Shown here: piece by piece, positions 9,487 to 18,678 of the stretch
How the letters are laid out: each line of letters opens with the position of its first letter
How positions within the stretch are numbered: the first letter of the stretch is position 1
From: a bacterium
GTDB taxonomy: Bacteria > SAR324 > NAC60-12
Assembly: GCA_965205865.1 (NCBI GenBank)
Contig: CBDBHR010000028.1
Coordinates: forward strand, 256,001 to 320,000
Reading direction: 5' to 3'
DNA length: 64,000 nucleotides
The notes under the pieces: model-generated
The model's database searches: none
Told to the model about the DNA's origin: nothing
The model's input: the letters and a program-made list of their open reading frames with translations, nothing else
Translations under genes and position numbers: made by a program

Positions 9487-9650
9487 TACCGTACTCCTCT
9501 CTAATATGGCTCAATTATGGCTCTATGCGGTCACGGTTTCAAGATAAATCTTGATGGAAATTGATAAAAGGCCAACTTTGGAGGTTATGCCACGAATTCC
9601 TGCTTCAGCTCCTCCAGGATTCGGGGTAGTTGCTCACGGCTATCCGTCGG

Positions 9651-10562
9651 CATGGCGACGGCGATTTGTTGAAAAAGGAATAACAGGTCTTAATGATGAT
9701 CCGCGGCCCGGCAGGACACGCATTTATGGAGCGGATAAAATCGAAGAGATTGTGAAGAAAACCATTGAAGAGAAGCCTGAGGACCGTACCCATTGGAGCA
9801 CGCGATCGATGGCCAAGGCAGTTGGCGTAGGCAAGACAACCGTCGCTAAAGTATGGAAGGCCCATCGCCTCGAGCCTCATCTGGAAAAAACATTTAAGTT
9901 GTCGCATGATAAGCATTTCACTGCGAAACTGAAAGATGTCATCGGCTTGTACATGAATCCTCCTGAGAAAGCGCTGGTCTTGAGCGTCGATGAGAAATCA
10001 CAAATCCAGGCACTCGATCGCACCCAGCCAGGTCTGCCACTGAAACCAGGACGCAATGGCACCAGAACTCATGATTATATCCGTCATGGCACCTGCTGTC
10101 TGTTTACTGCTTTGAATACGCAGACAGGGGAAGTGCTCGCTCGCTGTGAAAAACGGCACCGACACCAAGAGTATCTGCGCTTCCTGCGTCTTATTGACAA
10201 GACTACCTCGAAGCAACTGCAGTTACACTTGATCCTGGACAATTACGCCACCCACAAACATCTTAATATGAAAGAATGGCTCAAAAAACACCCGCGATTT
10301 CACCCGCATTTCATTCCTACTTCCTCCTCATGGCTGAACATGGTGGAACGTTTTTTTGGCAAGATCACTGCAGAACGGATTCGACGAGGCGCCTTCAAAA
10401 GCGTGCTCGAGTTGACCGAAGCCATCCATAGTTACATCGAGACACACAATCGCAACCCAAAACCCTATGTCCGGACTAAAACTGCCGAAGAAATTATCAA
10501 CAAACTCAAACCGGTCTATCAAATGACCAAAATTACAATGTATTAACCGAGCAATACACTAG
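9651..10562 (+). mobile_element. IS630-family element, 5'-truncated (transposase within ORF 9551-10546)
   Basis: WRRRF...GL.D.PRPGR, THWSTRSMA, DDE motifs SVDEKS, LDNYATHK, WLNMVERFF; right end ...ATACACTAG. The first ~33 codons of the ORF are unrelated sequence. Confidence 0.88.
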
Positions 10563-10610
10563 TACTTTTTAAAGTTGTAATCATAATCTGACTAGTATAC
10601 TTTTCGGATA

Positions 10611-10659
10611 ATGTACAGGGGACTCACACCCCATGAGTTCATGCCCATGCCGGGCACAC
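10611..10659 (-). mobile_element. 5' stub of a class C (IIC-attC type) group II intron
   Basis: Minus strand reads TTGT|GTGTGCCCGGCATGGGCATGAACTCATGGGGTGTGAGTCCCCTGTAC, the typical IIC 5' end preceded by TTGT. Confidence 0.75.
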
Positions 10660-10710
10660 ACAAGGCATTGGAGGTGACGCTTAACAGCGCACCTCAGCTT
10701 CATGCTGCTT
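10660..10710 (+). other. attC-like site (degenerate), target of the IIC intron
   Basis: ACAA, then imperfect palindrome TTGGAGGTGACGC-TTAACA-GCGCACCTCAG; R' box degenerate. Confidence 0.55.
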
Positions 10711-10781
10711 TATGAATCACACTTTCTTCCTCAAAATATAAAAAATCAATTCAATCCGGAGAAAAAGCTCTACAAGAAGGG

Positions 10782-10809
10782 TTGACATATTTTAACCATG
10801 AACTATAAT
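10782..10809 (+). promoter_or_regulatory. Sigma70 promoter of the TA pair
   Basis: TTGACA-16 nt-TATAAT, overlapped by an inverted pair TAACCAT/ATGGTTA (possible operator). Confidence 0.7.
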
Positions 10810-10846
10810 GACTCATATAATTAATATGGTTATACAGGAGAGCACT

Positions 10847-11131
10847 ATGGAAAGAGTAATTGATGTGACAACAGCACGCAGACAACTGGGTACCCTATTA
10901 GATGAAGTCTTTTATAAAGGAGAAATTATAACAATAGAAAGGAAAGGGAAGCCTCTCGCTCAGATCATCCCATTTAAAGAGGCCGCTTCTCACTTATCTT
11001 CTGAACAGAAAGAACTTCTTGAGGAACTTCACAGTTTGCCTACGATCCCAACAGCTCAAGATCCAACTACGATTTTAAGAAAAATTCGTAAACAGAAGAG
11101 AATTCAAGCAAATGTGGACTATGGAAAATGA
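10847..11131 (+). CDS. Phd/YefM-family antitoxin
   Basis: IDVTTARRQLGTLLDEV...ITIERKGKPLA; CAGGAG ribosome-binding site. Confidence 0.88.
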   Translation: MERVIDVTTARRQLGTLLDEVFYKGEIITIERKGKPLAQIIPFKEAASHLSSEQKELLEELHSLPTIPTAQDPTTILRKIRKQKRIQANVDYGK

Positions 11132-11585
11132 TCGTTACGTTTTGGATGCGAACATTTTTTTAGAATACATCTATGGCAGAGCCTTGAAGGATCATGCTAA
11201 AAAAATCCTACAAGATGCCATATTAAAAAAGATACAAGTTCTTGTTCCAAGCTTATTATTGGATGAAATCACAGAGGTTCTTTGCAGTAATTTAGACAAT
11301 CTTAAAGAAGTGAAACACCAGAATATATAGAAAAACTCTCAAAACAAGGAGCCTTGAAGATTATTGTTCCCAATACTGGAGTACGAATGAAAGCCATTGA
11401 AATTGCGAGGACAGGAAATCCTAAAAGTGGCTATCCGGAATTGACTGATTCTTTATACCATGCTTTGGCAATTATTAAATAATGCCGTATTTATCACAAA
11501 TGATATAAAGCATATTAGTAAGGTAAAGCAGTTTAGTCATATCAAGGAACTTTCAAAATATGGCAATATTGCTGAGAAATCATGA
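11121..11585 (+). pseudogene. PIN/VapC toxin with two frameshifts
   Basis: YVLDANIF start; shifted frames continue DSLYHALAI and AVFITND to TGA at 11585; shifts near 11320 and 11475. Confidence 0.8.
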
Positions 11586-11595
11586 CCAAAATCAA

Positions 11596-11676
11596 GCAGA
11601 ACAAGTCATTTGAACGGATTGCTTGAGGGCGCCGCTCGTTCCTCGCTCTGGGTGGCGGGTGATGCCGACGTTAGCG
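11596..11676 (+). other. attC-like site
   Basis: GCAGAAC 10 nt after the toxin stop ... GTTAGCG followed closely by an ATG; internal symmetry is imperfect. Confidence 0.55.
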
Positions 11677-11807
11677 CTATGAATAATCCAGGTCTAAAAA
11701 AGGAATAGATTCTCTCGGGCCTGATTCTTTCCAATGGTCCAAACTCGAGGAAGAAGAAAAAACAGCGATTCTCAAGAAGGAAAAAGAGACGGGCTCCTTT
11801 TGTCCGT

Positions 11808-12779
11808 TTACCATTTGAAAGGGTTGATCAGTCGGGCCAGGAGGCCTCTTTTACGTTTCACCTTCGCGGTGCCGTAACGGCCTTCACCGCCTCGCAGCCG
11901 GGGATCGAGCAGATCCCGCATGGCATCGCCGAACATGTTGAGACTATAAACGACAATCGTCAGGCAAAGCCCCGGCCAGAGCGCCAGCCGAGGCGCCATC
12001 TCCATGTATCTACGCCCTTCTCCGCTGAGCATCGCGCCCCAGTCGGGAAACGCGGGAGGCAGACCGTATCCGAGGAAGCTCAGAGCGGCCGCAGAGAGGA
12101 TGTTGCCTCCGATGTTGACCGAGAAGATGATGATCAGGGGAGCCACGATATTGGGCAGGACATGCCGCATCAGGGTTTTGAGGGTGGGGCTGCCCACGGC
12201 TTGGGCGGCCAGAAAGTAGTCATTCTCTTTAATGCTGATCACGGCGCCTCGGGGGACTCGGGAGCCACTAATCCCTCCGGTGATCCCCAGCACCACGATG
12301 ATCTGGAATAAACCCGTCCCCACGATGGACATGATGGTTAACAAGAGCAGCAGTCCCGGAAAACACATCCAGGCATCGACAAAGCGCTGCACCACCAGGT
12401 CGAATTTCCCGCCAATGAATCCGGAAGTGCCGCCGATGAGGACCGCGACGAGCACATTGAGCGTGGTGGCGGCCAGCCCGACAATCAAGGAAAGACGCGC
12501 CCCATAGATCAGGCGGCTCAACAAGTCGCGCCCGATATGGTCGGTCCCCAGGAGATACTGGGCGGAGGGACCCTGAAACTGGTCTCTCAGGTGTATTTCA
12601 TAAAAAGGATAAGGCGCCAGCGCATCGGCAAAGATCGCCACAAAAATCAAGAGCAAGACGATCATCCCGCAGGCCGTCCCCAGGGGCTTCTCCTTGAGCA
12701 GCCGGATCAGGAAATCCGCAAAACGGCTCCGTCGCTTGGGTTCAGGGATGAGGGATGGTGTTTCTTGGGTGTTGTTCAT
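11808..12779 (-). CDS. Peptide/nickel ABC transporter permease (DppC/OppC-like)
   Basis: LGTDHIGRDLLSRLIYGARLSL, HVLPN, GDAMRDLLDPR. Confidence 0.93.
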   Translation of the reverse strand: MNNTQETPSLIPEPKRRSRFADFLIRLLKEKPLGTACGMIVLLLIFVAIFADALAPYPFYEIHLRDQFQGPSAQYLLGTDHIGRDLLSRLIYGARLSLIVGLAATTLNVLVAVLIGGTSGFIGGKFDLVVQRFVDAWMCFPGLLLLLTIMSIVGTGLFQIIVVLGITGGISGSRVPRGAVISIKENDYFLAAQAVGSPTLKTLMRHVLPNIVAPLIIIFSVNIGGNILSAAALSFLGYGLPPAFPDWGAMLSGEGRRYMEMAPRLALWPGLCLTIVVYSLNMFGDAMRDLLDPRLRGGEGRYGTAKVKRKRGLLARLINPFKW

Positions 12780-12801
12780 GATCCCGATTTTTCTATAATA
12801 C

Positions 12802-13164
12802 AGTCCCGGAGGGACGAAAGGGAATAGCCCAGCGATTCATCGCTGGGAAAGGCCCCCTCCTCCTCCTCAGCTAGTCCCGGAGGGACGAAAGGGAATAGCC
12901 CAGCAATTCATCGCTGGGAAAGGCCCCCCTCCTCAGCTAGTCCCGGAGGGACGACACTTCTTCGATCTTTCGAGTTACTCCCATAAGGAAAAAGGTGCTT
13001 TTTGATTTCAGGAGTCATCCTCTCAATTCGGATTTTTGTGCTAAAGACACAATGAAGATGATTGCTGACGTAGGAATGGACATGAAACCTCATTGTTGTG
13101 TCGTCCCTCCGGGACTTTGAAGGAGACTGTCTTTTGTTCCCAGCTTCCTTTCGTCCCTCCGGGA
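12802..13164. mobile_element. REP-like palindrome cluster around a truncated IS200-type (Y1/HUH) transposase fragment
   Basis: GTCCCGGAGGGAC units at 12802, 12873 and 12939, inverted copies at ~13098 and ~13147; minus-strand fragment HSYVSNHLHCVFSTK...LFPY (~12975-13093). Confidence 0.8.
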
Positions 13165-13214
13165 TTTCTTCTTACATACGAATCTCAAACCCATATTTAC
13201 CAGTAGCATAACGA

Positions 13215-14219
13215 CTATTCATACCGAACCCTGGGGTCTAAGTAAGGATAAATCAGGTCGATGAGGAGATTGATGACCATCACCCCGGCGGCGAAAAACA
13301 GGTTGACTCCGGAGACCACCGGGTAGTCTCGGTCCTGGAGTGCCAGCAGCAAGAGACGACCGATCCCCGGCAGGTTGAAGATGTTCTCCATGATCACCGC
13401 GCCCCCGACCAGGAGAGGCAACTGCAGGCCGATCAGGGTCACGACCGGGATGAAGGCATTCTTGAGGGCGTGTCTCACCACGACGACCCGCTCCTTGAGC
13501 CCCTTGGCCCAGGCGGTGCGGATATAGTCCTGCCTGAGCACCTCGAGTGTCATGGTGCGCGTCATCCGCATGGTGGCGGCAGACAGGGCCGTCCCCAGAA
13601 TCAGGCTGGGAACGATGAACATCCCGAGATTCCCTAGCGGATCTTCGGTAAAAGGAATCATCTCCATCGATGGCGCCCAGCCCCACCAGATGACGGGGTA
13701 GAGCATGACCATAATTCCCAGCCAGAAGTTAGGCGTTGCCAGGCCGATGATGGCGACCGAGCGCCCCACGTAGTCGGCGGCCGTATCCTGGCGAATCGCC
13801 GAGTAGATGCCGACGGGCAGCGCTATAACTAGCCCGATTACGATTGCCATGACGCCAAGCTCAATGGTTACTGGCAGTCTACCTAATATCCTCTCCTCCA
13901 CCGACCCGCCAAACAGTGATTGGCCAAATGTGCCCTGGAGGAGGCCGTTGAAGTCGGTCTCACCGGTAACCCAGTCAGGGGTGGGCAACACTCCTATCCA
14001 GCGTCCATACTGCACGTAGACAGGCACGTCTAATCCCAGCATACGCTCAAGAGCTTCGCGGTCTATATCGGCACCCGAGGCATTCCATGCTTCCATCTCA
14101 GCCACCATTGTGTCTATTGCATCGCCGGGGATGAAGCGGACCGAGAGAAAGACCAGGATGGTCAGTATAAACAGGGTGGGGATTATCAGCAATAACCGCC
14201 TGATGATATAGGCTCTCAT
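13215..14219 (-). CDS. Peptide/nickel ABC transporter permease (DppB/OppB-like)
   Basis: YIIRRLL, QDYIRTAWAKGL, HALKNA, RDYPVV, LDPRVRY. Confidence 0.93.
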   Translation of the reverse strand: MRAYIIRRLLLIIPTLFILTILVFLSVRFIPGDAIDTMVAEMEAWNASGADIDREALERMLGLDVPVYVQYGRWIGVLPTPDWVTGETDFNGLLQGTFGQSLFGGSVEERILGRLPVTIELGVMAIVIGLVIALPVGIYSAIRQDTAADYVGRSVAIIGLATPNFWLGIMVMLYPVIWWGWAPSMEMIPFTEDPLGNLGMFIVPSLILGTALSAATMRMTRTMTLEVLRQDYIRTAWAKGLKERVVVVRHALKNAFIPVVTLIGLQLPLLVGGAVIMENIFNLPGIGRLLLLALQDRDYPVVSGVNLFFAAGVMVINLLIDLIYPYLDPRVRYE

Positions 14220-14246
14220 GTGACACACCTCATTGCGATTTCCGCC

Positions 14247-14367
14247 GTCATTGCGAGCCCCGATTTCATTAGGGCCCTCTCCCCGATTCTATCGGGGCTT
14301 CGTCAAGTTCCTTCACTGCCTCTTCGCTGCAGTCAGAGCTTCGGTTCAGGACAAGCCTCGCAATGAC
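14247..14367. repeat. Intergenic palindromic element with GTCATTGCGAG / CTCGCAATGAC ends
   Basis: Perfect 11-bp inverted ends; internal hairpin CCCCGAT-TCT-ATCGGGG. Confidence 0.65.
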
Positions 14368-14485
14368 AGTAAGAAAGGCCCCCTCTCATTATTGAATGAG
14401 TAAGGGAGCTGGGAAGCTTGAGCCTCCGCGCCAAGGACCCCCCGACCCCCTTTTTCCCTGAGCTCAGCCACAAGGGGTGAAACCA

Positions 14486-16339
14486 CTAATAACCCATTGC
14501 TTCCTTCAGCTCCTGGTCAATCCAGATACGGGCGGAGAGGACAGCATAGTCCGCGTGGGTTCCAATAACGATTTCATCGTTATGACCTTTGACCCACGGC
14601 TGGAGCAAGCTAAACTGTGGTGCTTTAACCCCCCATATTTGCCAGTGCTTCTCTACATAGTACTTATCGGCCTCTTTAACCAGCCGCTGCTGCTCCTCAA
14701 TGGTGGTAGCGGCTGCGGCGGCTTCAAGCATGGCGTCATAAACCGGGTCCTGGACCCCGGGGCGGTTCCAAACAGGGAACTTCGTTTTGTCCGAGTGGAA
14801 CGAGCTCATCAGAGTCACAGGATCATTACACCAGTCCGCAACCGCATTCGCCATACCTTCATAAGTATGTTCCTTTAAACTGGAGACATGACGAGCTCGG
14901 TCCTGTATAAAAATCTCTACCTCAACCCCAATGGCACGAAAGTACTCCACGAGTATTTCTGCATAGCTTAAAGGTGAAGCGAAGTAGTATTCCCAGGTGG
15001 TCTTGAATCTAATACCGTCGGCGCCGCGCGGATACCCAGCCTCATCAAGGAGCTTCTCGGCCCCTGCCGGGTCATAGTGATAGCGTTCCTTGATCTCTTC
15101 GGGCCACTCTTCATATGGGTAGTTATAGCCTTTTAGACAACGATGCCCTACCATCCCCGCAGGTTGCGTAGTTCCCCAACCCTTACCCCAGGTCCGGTTA
15201 ATTGTTTCAAGGTCCAGTGCCTTCTGCATTGCTATGCGCACCCTAATGTCATTAAAGGGCGGCTTCTGTACGTCGGGAGCAATAGAGAGATTGTTATAAT
15301 TAAGAATCCTCGAAACCTGGATTTCGGGGTTGGTCCGCAGGAGGCTCTCTAATGCTGAGGCATCCGCCATTTCAGAACAGCCGCCTCTACCTACCAAATC
15401 AATCTTACCCGAGCGCATTGCCGCCGTAACTGTTTCCCTTTCTTTAATAACCAGTAACCTAAACGCATCAACATAAGGCAAGCGGTTCTTCGGGTACTTT
15501 TCGTCATAGCCCCAGTAGTCAGGATTCTTAACATAGGTGATAGAGCTGCCCTCCACCCAGTCAGTCAGCTCAAAGGGCCCGGTGCCGACCAGATTCCTCC
15601 AGTCCTTAAGGTCGCCGTATTGCTCAAAGACCTCCGGAGAGTATATCCAAACACTCGTTGATCTGAGGATAGTCCCCAGCGCACCCAAGTCTGGCTCCTT
15701 CAGCTTGAAAACAACCGTCCATTTGTCGGTAGCCGTTATCGATTCGAGTAAAGCCACGAGCGCAGCTACTCCTGGGCTAGGTCCGTCTTCGGTGAAGTCG
15801 CCCATACCCAAATAGCGGTGATAGTTCCATTCTATATCATAGGCAGTTAGCTCCCGACCGTTCATCGGCACCTTATTATGCCAGTAAACGCCCTTGCGGA
15901 TTTTGAAGACGATCGTTGTGTCGTCGGGCTTTTCCCAGCTTTCAGCTAGCCGCCCTACAAAGACAGATACAGGTACATACCAAGTTTCATAGCTAAGTTC
16001 ATCCCTATCTATTGCCCAGTTCCCCATGCCCAGATTCTCAGAAGGGCCGTGGAAGCCGCTCGGCGACCAGCCGTACCAGGCGTCGACATTACGGTTAGGC
16101 TCGCACATGGTGACTTGGGTGAATGTCCCCCCATATCTTGGGGCCTCCACCATTTCACCGGTGCTGGGATCCATCACCATCTCTTTCTCAGCCGCCACGG
16201 CCGAACCGACCCAGAGGGTGGCCACCATCAGGGTGAGGGTGAGCAACCAGGATTGCAGTTTTGCAGCAGACCAGAAGCCTGCCGGGCTCAACCCCACCAA
16301 AAGGGTGAGGCATAACGAAAACAATTTATTCGCTTTCAT
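14486..16339 (-). CDS. Family 5 ABC substrate-binding protein (peptide/nickel)
   Basis: PRYGGT, LAESWE, GTGPF, PFNDIRVR motifs; signal peptide. Confidence 0.92.
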   Translation of the reverse strand: MKANKLFSLCLTLLVGLSPAGFWSAAKLQSWLLTLTLMVATLWVGSAVAAEKEMVMDPSTGEMVEAPRYGGTFTQVTMCEPNRNVDAWYGWSPSGFHGPSENLGMGNWAIDRDELSYETWYVPVSVFVGRLAESWEKPDDTTIVFKIRKGVYWHNKVPMNGRELTAYDIEWNYHRYLGMGDFTEDGPSPGVAALVALLESITATDKWTVVFKLKEPDLGALGTILRSTSVWIYSPEVFEQYGDLKDWRNLVGTGPFELTDWVEGSSITYVKNPDYWGYDEKYPKNRLPYVDAFRLLVIKERETVTAAMRSGKIDLVGRGGCSEMADASALESLLRTNPEIQVSRILNYNNLSIAPDVQKPPFNDIRVRIAMQKALDLETINRTWGKGWGTTQPAGMVGHRCLKGYNYPYEEWPEEIKERYHYDPAGAEKLLDEAGYPRGADGIRFKTTWEYYFASPLSYAEILVEYFRAIGVEVEIFIQDRARHVSSLKEHTYEGMANAVADWCNDPVTLMSSFHSDKTKFPVWNRPGVQDPVYDAMLEAAAAATTIEEQQRLVKEADKYYVEKHWQIWGVKAPQFSLLQPWVKGHNDEIVIGTHADYAVLSARIWIDQELKEAMGY

Positions 16340-16721
16340 AATTTTACTCCATATATTACAGATTAATCATTCCCCACCTTCTTCACGAACTCGAGCGTGA
16401 AGCCTTCTCGGATGACACTCAAGAACTTTCCACTCACGAGTCATTGAGATGGGATGGAAACAAGATTGCTCAGGAGGCTGATTTTTTTCATTTGATCGCC
16501 TCCTCAAACAATCCTTAGGAAACATTTTTGCAGAAGAAGAAGAAGAAGAAGTCAAATTTTATTCCATTTTTTTTTCATTTTGAGCAAAAAAAGTTCGATT
16601 TCATTAAAAATATGCCCCCTCACTGCTATCATTATTCAATCTTCCCTTGACTCTCATCAAATTTGATTCTAATATGTACGTACTAATCAAATGGTATGTA
16701 CGCTCTGAGAGAGGAAGCACG

Positions 16722-16958
16722 ATGAAAACGGTCACACCCACAGAACTCCGAAGCAATATTTATAATCTACTGGATGAAGTACTCAGCACAGGCATTCCCC
16801 TTGAAGTCAATAAAGGAGGAAAGAAGTTGAGAATTGTGCCCATCGGAAAAATGAATAAACTCCAAAACTTAGTTTCAAGACCCCATGTCATTCAGGGGAA
16901 TCCGGATGATCTTTCAGAGATTAGTTGGGAAGAGGAGGTGAATCTTGATCTACCTTGA
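16722..16958 (+). CDS. Phd/YefM-family antitoxin
   Basis: VTPTELRSNIYNLLDEVLSTG.P; GAGG ribosome-binding site; TTGACT...TAATAT promoter at 16647-16675. Confidence 0.85.
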   Translation: MKTVTPTELRSNIYNLLDEVLSTGIPLEVNKGGKKLRIVPIGKMNKLQNLVSRPHVIQGNPDDLSEISWEEEVNLDLP

Positions 16959-17319
16959 TACTCATGTGGTCGTATGGCTGTACGTAGGGCTCTCTGAAAA
17001 ATTCAGTCAGCAGACCAAAGAATTGATTAATGAAAATGAAATCTATATTTCGACAATTGTCCGATTAGAATTACAATATTTATACGAAATCCAACGCATA
17101 ACCGATGAATCCAATACCATTGTCTCTGACCTATCCAATCGAATTGGTCTCAAGGTGTGCGATAAAAACTTTAATACCATTATTGCTCAATCTTTAGAAA
17201 TCACTTGGACTCGTGATCCATTTGACCGCATTATTACTGCCAATGCCACTCTAAACAATAACATCCTGGTCACTAAAGATCAGAATATTTTAGATAATTA
17301 TACGAATGCTAAGTGGTAA
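16945..17319 (+). CDS. PIN/VapC toxin
   Basis: YLDTHVVVW, RDPFDRII, LVTKD. Confidence 0.92.
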   Translation: MIYLDTHVVVWLYVGLSEKFSQQTKELINENEIYISTIVRLELQYLYEIQRITDESNTIVSDLSNRIGLKVCDKNFNTIIAQSLEITWTRDPFDRIITANATLNNNILVTKDQNILDNYTNAKW

Positions 17320-17375
17320 ACGAACTTCTGAAAGTATTAACATGACTTTGAAGCTTATCGAATTGCCGATAACGG

Positions 17376-17493
17376 AGCGAACCAGTCGATGAAGATCGAC
17401 ACCCCATATAGCGCCCCTTCGACAATTTGAGTGAAGTTATTCTTATATCGTCCCCAGATCGTTTTTGGGGCGCCTCTTATCTTGGCGTTCGGC
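17376..17493 (+). other. attC-like integron recombination site
   Basis: R'' AGCGAAC, L'' GATGAAG, CACCCCA/TGGGGCG arms, L' CTTATC, R' GTTCGGC; lies between two TA modules. Confidence 0.72.
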
Positions 17494-17539
17494 TATACAA
17501 AGCTAAGATTCACTCACTCAAAATCATTGATTATAAAGT

Positions 17540-17790
17540 ATGAAGATTTACTTGGATAATTGTTGTTTCAATCGCCCTTTTGATGACCAATTACAGTTGC
17601 GGATCAAATTGGAATCGGAAGCAAAACTGAAGATTCAGAATGAGATTAAAGAGGGCGGATTTCAACTTGTTTGGTCTTACATCTTGCAAAGTGAAAACGA
17701 AGCAAATCCATATGGTGAAAGAAGAAGAGCTATTAGAGAAAGGAATTGAAGCGCTTATGAAGTCTCTCGGGGAAGTTGACGCAGAACGGT
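17540..17790 (+). pseudogene. Deletion-fused remnant of a PIN toxin and its downstream partner gene
   Basis: MKIYLDNCCFNRPFDDQ PIN start truncated at 69 aa, then KGIEALMKSLGEVDAER in another frame. Confidence 0.7.
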
Positions 17791-17919
17791 CTCTCAGGTG
17801 CATTTCATAAAAGGGATAAGGCGCCAGCGTATCGGCAAAGATCGCTACAAAAATCAAGAGCAAGACGATCATCCCGCAGGCCATCACCAGGGACTTCTCC
17901 TTGAGCAGCCTGATCAGGA
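17788..17919 (-). pseudogene. 132-bp fragment of a dppC paralog
   Basis: Aligns without gaps to 12581-12712 with about 8 mismatches counted by eye. Confidence 0.9.
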
Positions 17920-17975
17920 GGATTGCGCAACAATGGAGGTCAGCTATAAAAAATCTTGGGTCTGTCCCACTTGGG

Positions 17976-18090
17976 CATGAGCCAAAATCGGTGGATGGCG
18001 GCTTACTCGAGTTTTGGCTGTTGAGAGCCAACTGATCCCGAAGTTGCTTATTTTGCGCTTCGAGCGCTTCAATACGTTTATTTTCTGTCT
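17976..18090 (-). pseudogene. IS66-type transposase N-terminal fragment
   Basis: Coiled coil followed by LALNSQNSSKPPSTD. Confidence 0.65.
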
Positions 18091-18494
18091 CAAGAGCTTC
18101 AAAACCTTTAAAGAGATCGTCTATTACAGCCTCGAGTCGCTTGATTAAACCAACGTTAGTTCGAAGTAACTGCCGCATTCCGCTGGTCTGCTCGGCTTGG
18201 TGAGCGAAAGACGACGCGTGCGACGCGATTCGTATTGCCATGTTCAAAGTTACCTCAGCCAAGCGCGTGTTTTAACAAAACTGGCTTTTATCCGGTAAAC
18301 CTCGTAGAAAAGTTTTCGAGAAAAAAGTTGACAAATTTTCAAATTTTTAGTATTCAGATAGGTAATTCACAATTCTGGAGGTTGCGGTTCAATGCAATTC
18401 GCCAGGGAACATCATCGTTCTTTTGTGAAAATATAAGGAAAGGAACGGCACTCCCCTGTCGCCGATTCTAATCTTTTTTCTCTTTGATATAGTT

Positions 18495-18582
18495 GTTCGT
18501 TGGGGGTGGAAAAGCCACTGGACTTTTTCTGAGAAAAACCCTTGGAACCTGAACTGGGTAATACCAGCGTAGGAAATGCGAA
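18495..18582 (+). promoter_or_regulatory. TPP riboswitch
   Basis: GGGGTG...CTGAGA...ACCCT...AACCTGA...GGGTAATACCAGCGTAGGAA upstream of a thiamine-binding protein gene. Confidence 0.92.
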
Positions 18583-18678
18583 GGTACATTCGATCTCGAA
18601 TCAATCCCAAGTCGTTTCTTCCACGTCGTTTCTCCCCCTCCGAATATTTTCCTGATCCAATCAATTCGGAGTAGTCTC

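Noticed and set aside
9519-9650. ISL3-like left end (GGCTCT...) fused to the IS630 ORF
   Set aside because: Only a short terminal resemblance with no matching right end; too weak to call.
12802-12957. CRISPR array
   Set aside because: The sequences between repeats are nearly identical rather than unique spacers, and there are no cas genes; it fits REP units.
17591-18262. 223-aa minus-strand ORF as a real gene
   Set aside because: It is a patchwork of an IS66 fragment, a dppC fragment and antisense TA sequence.
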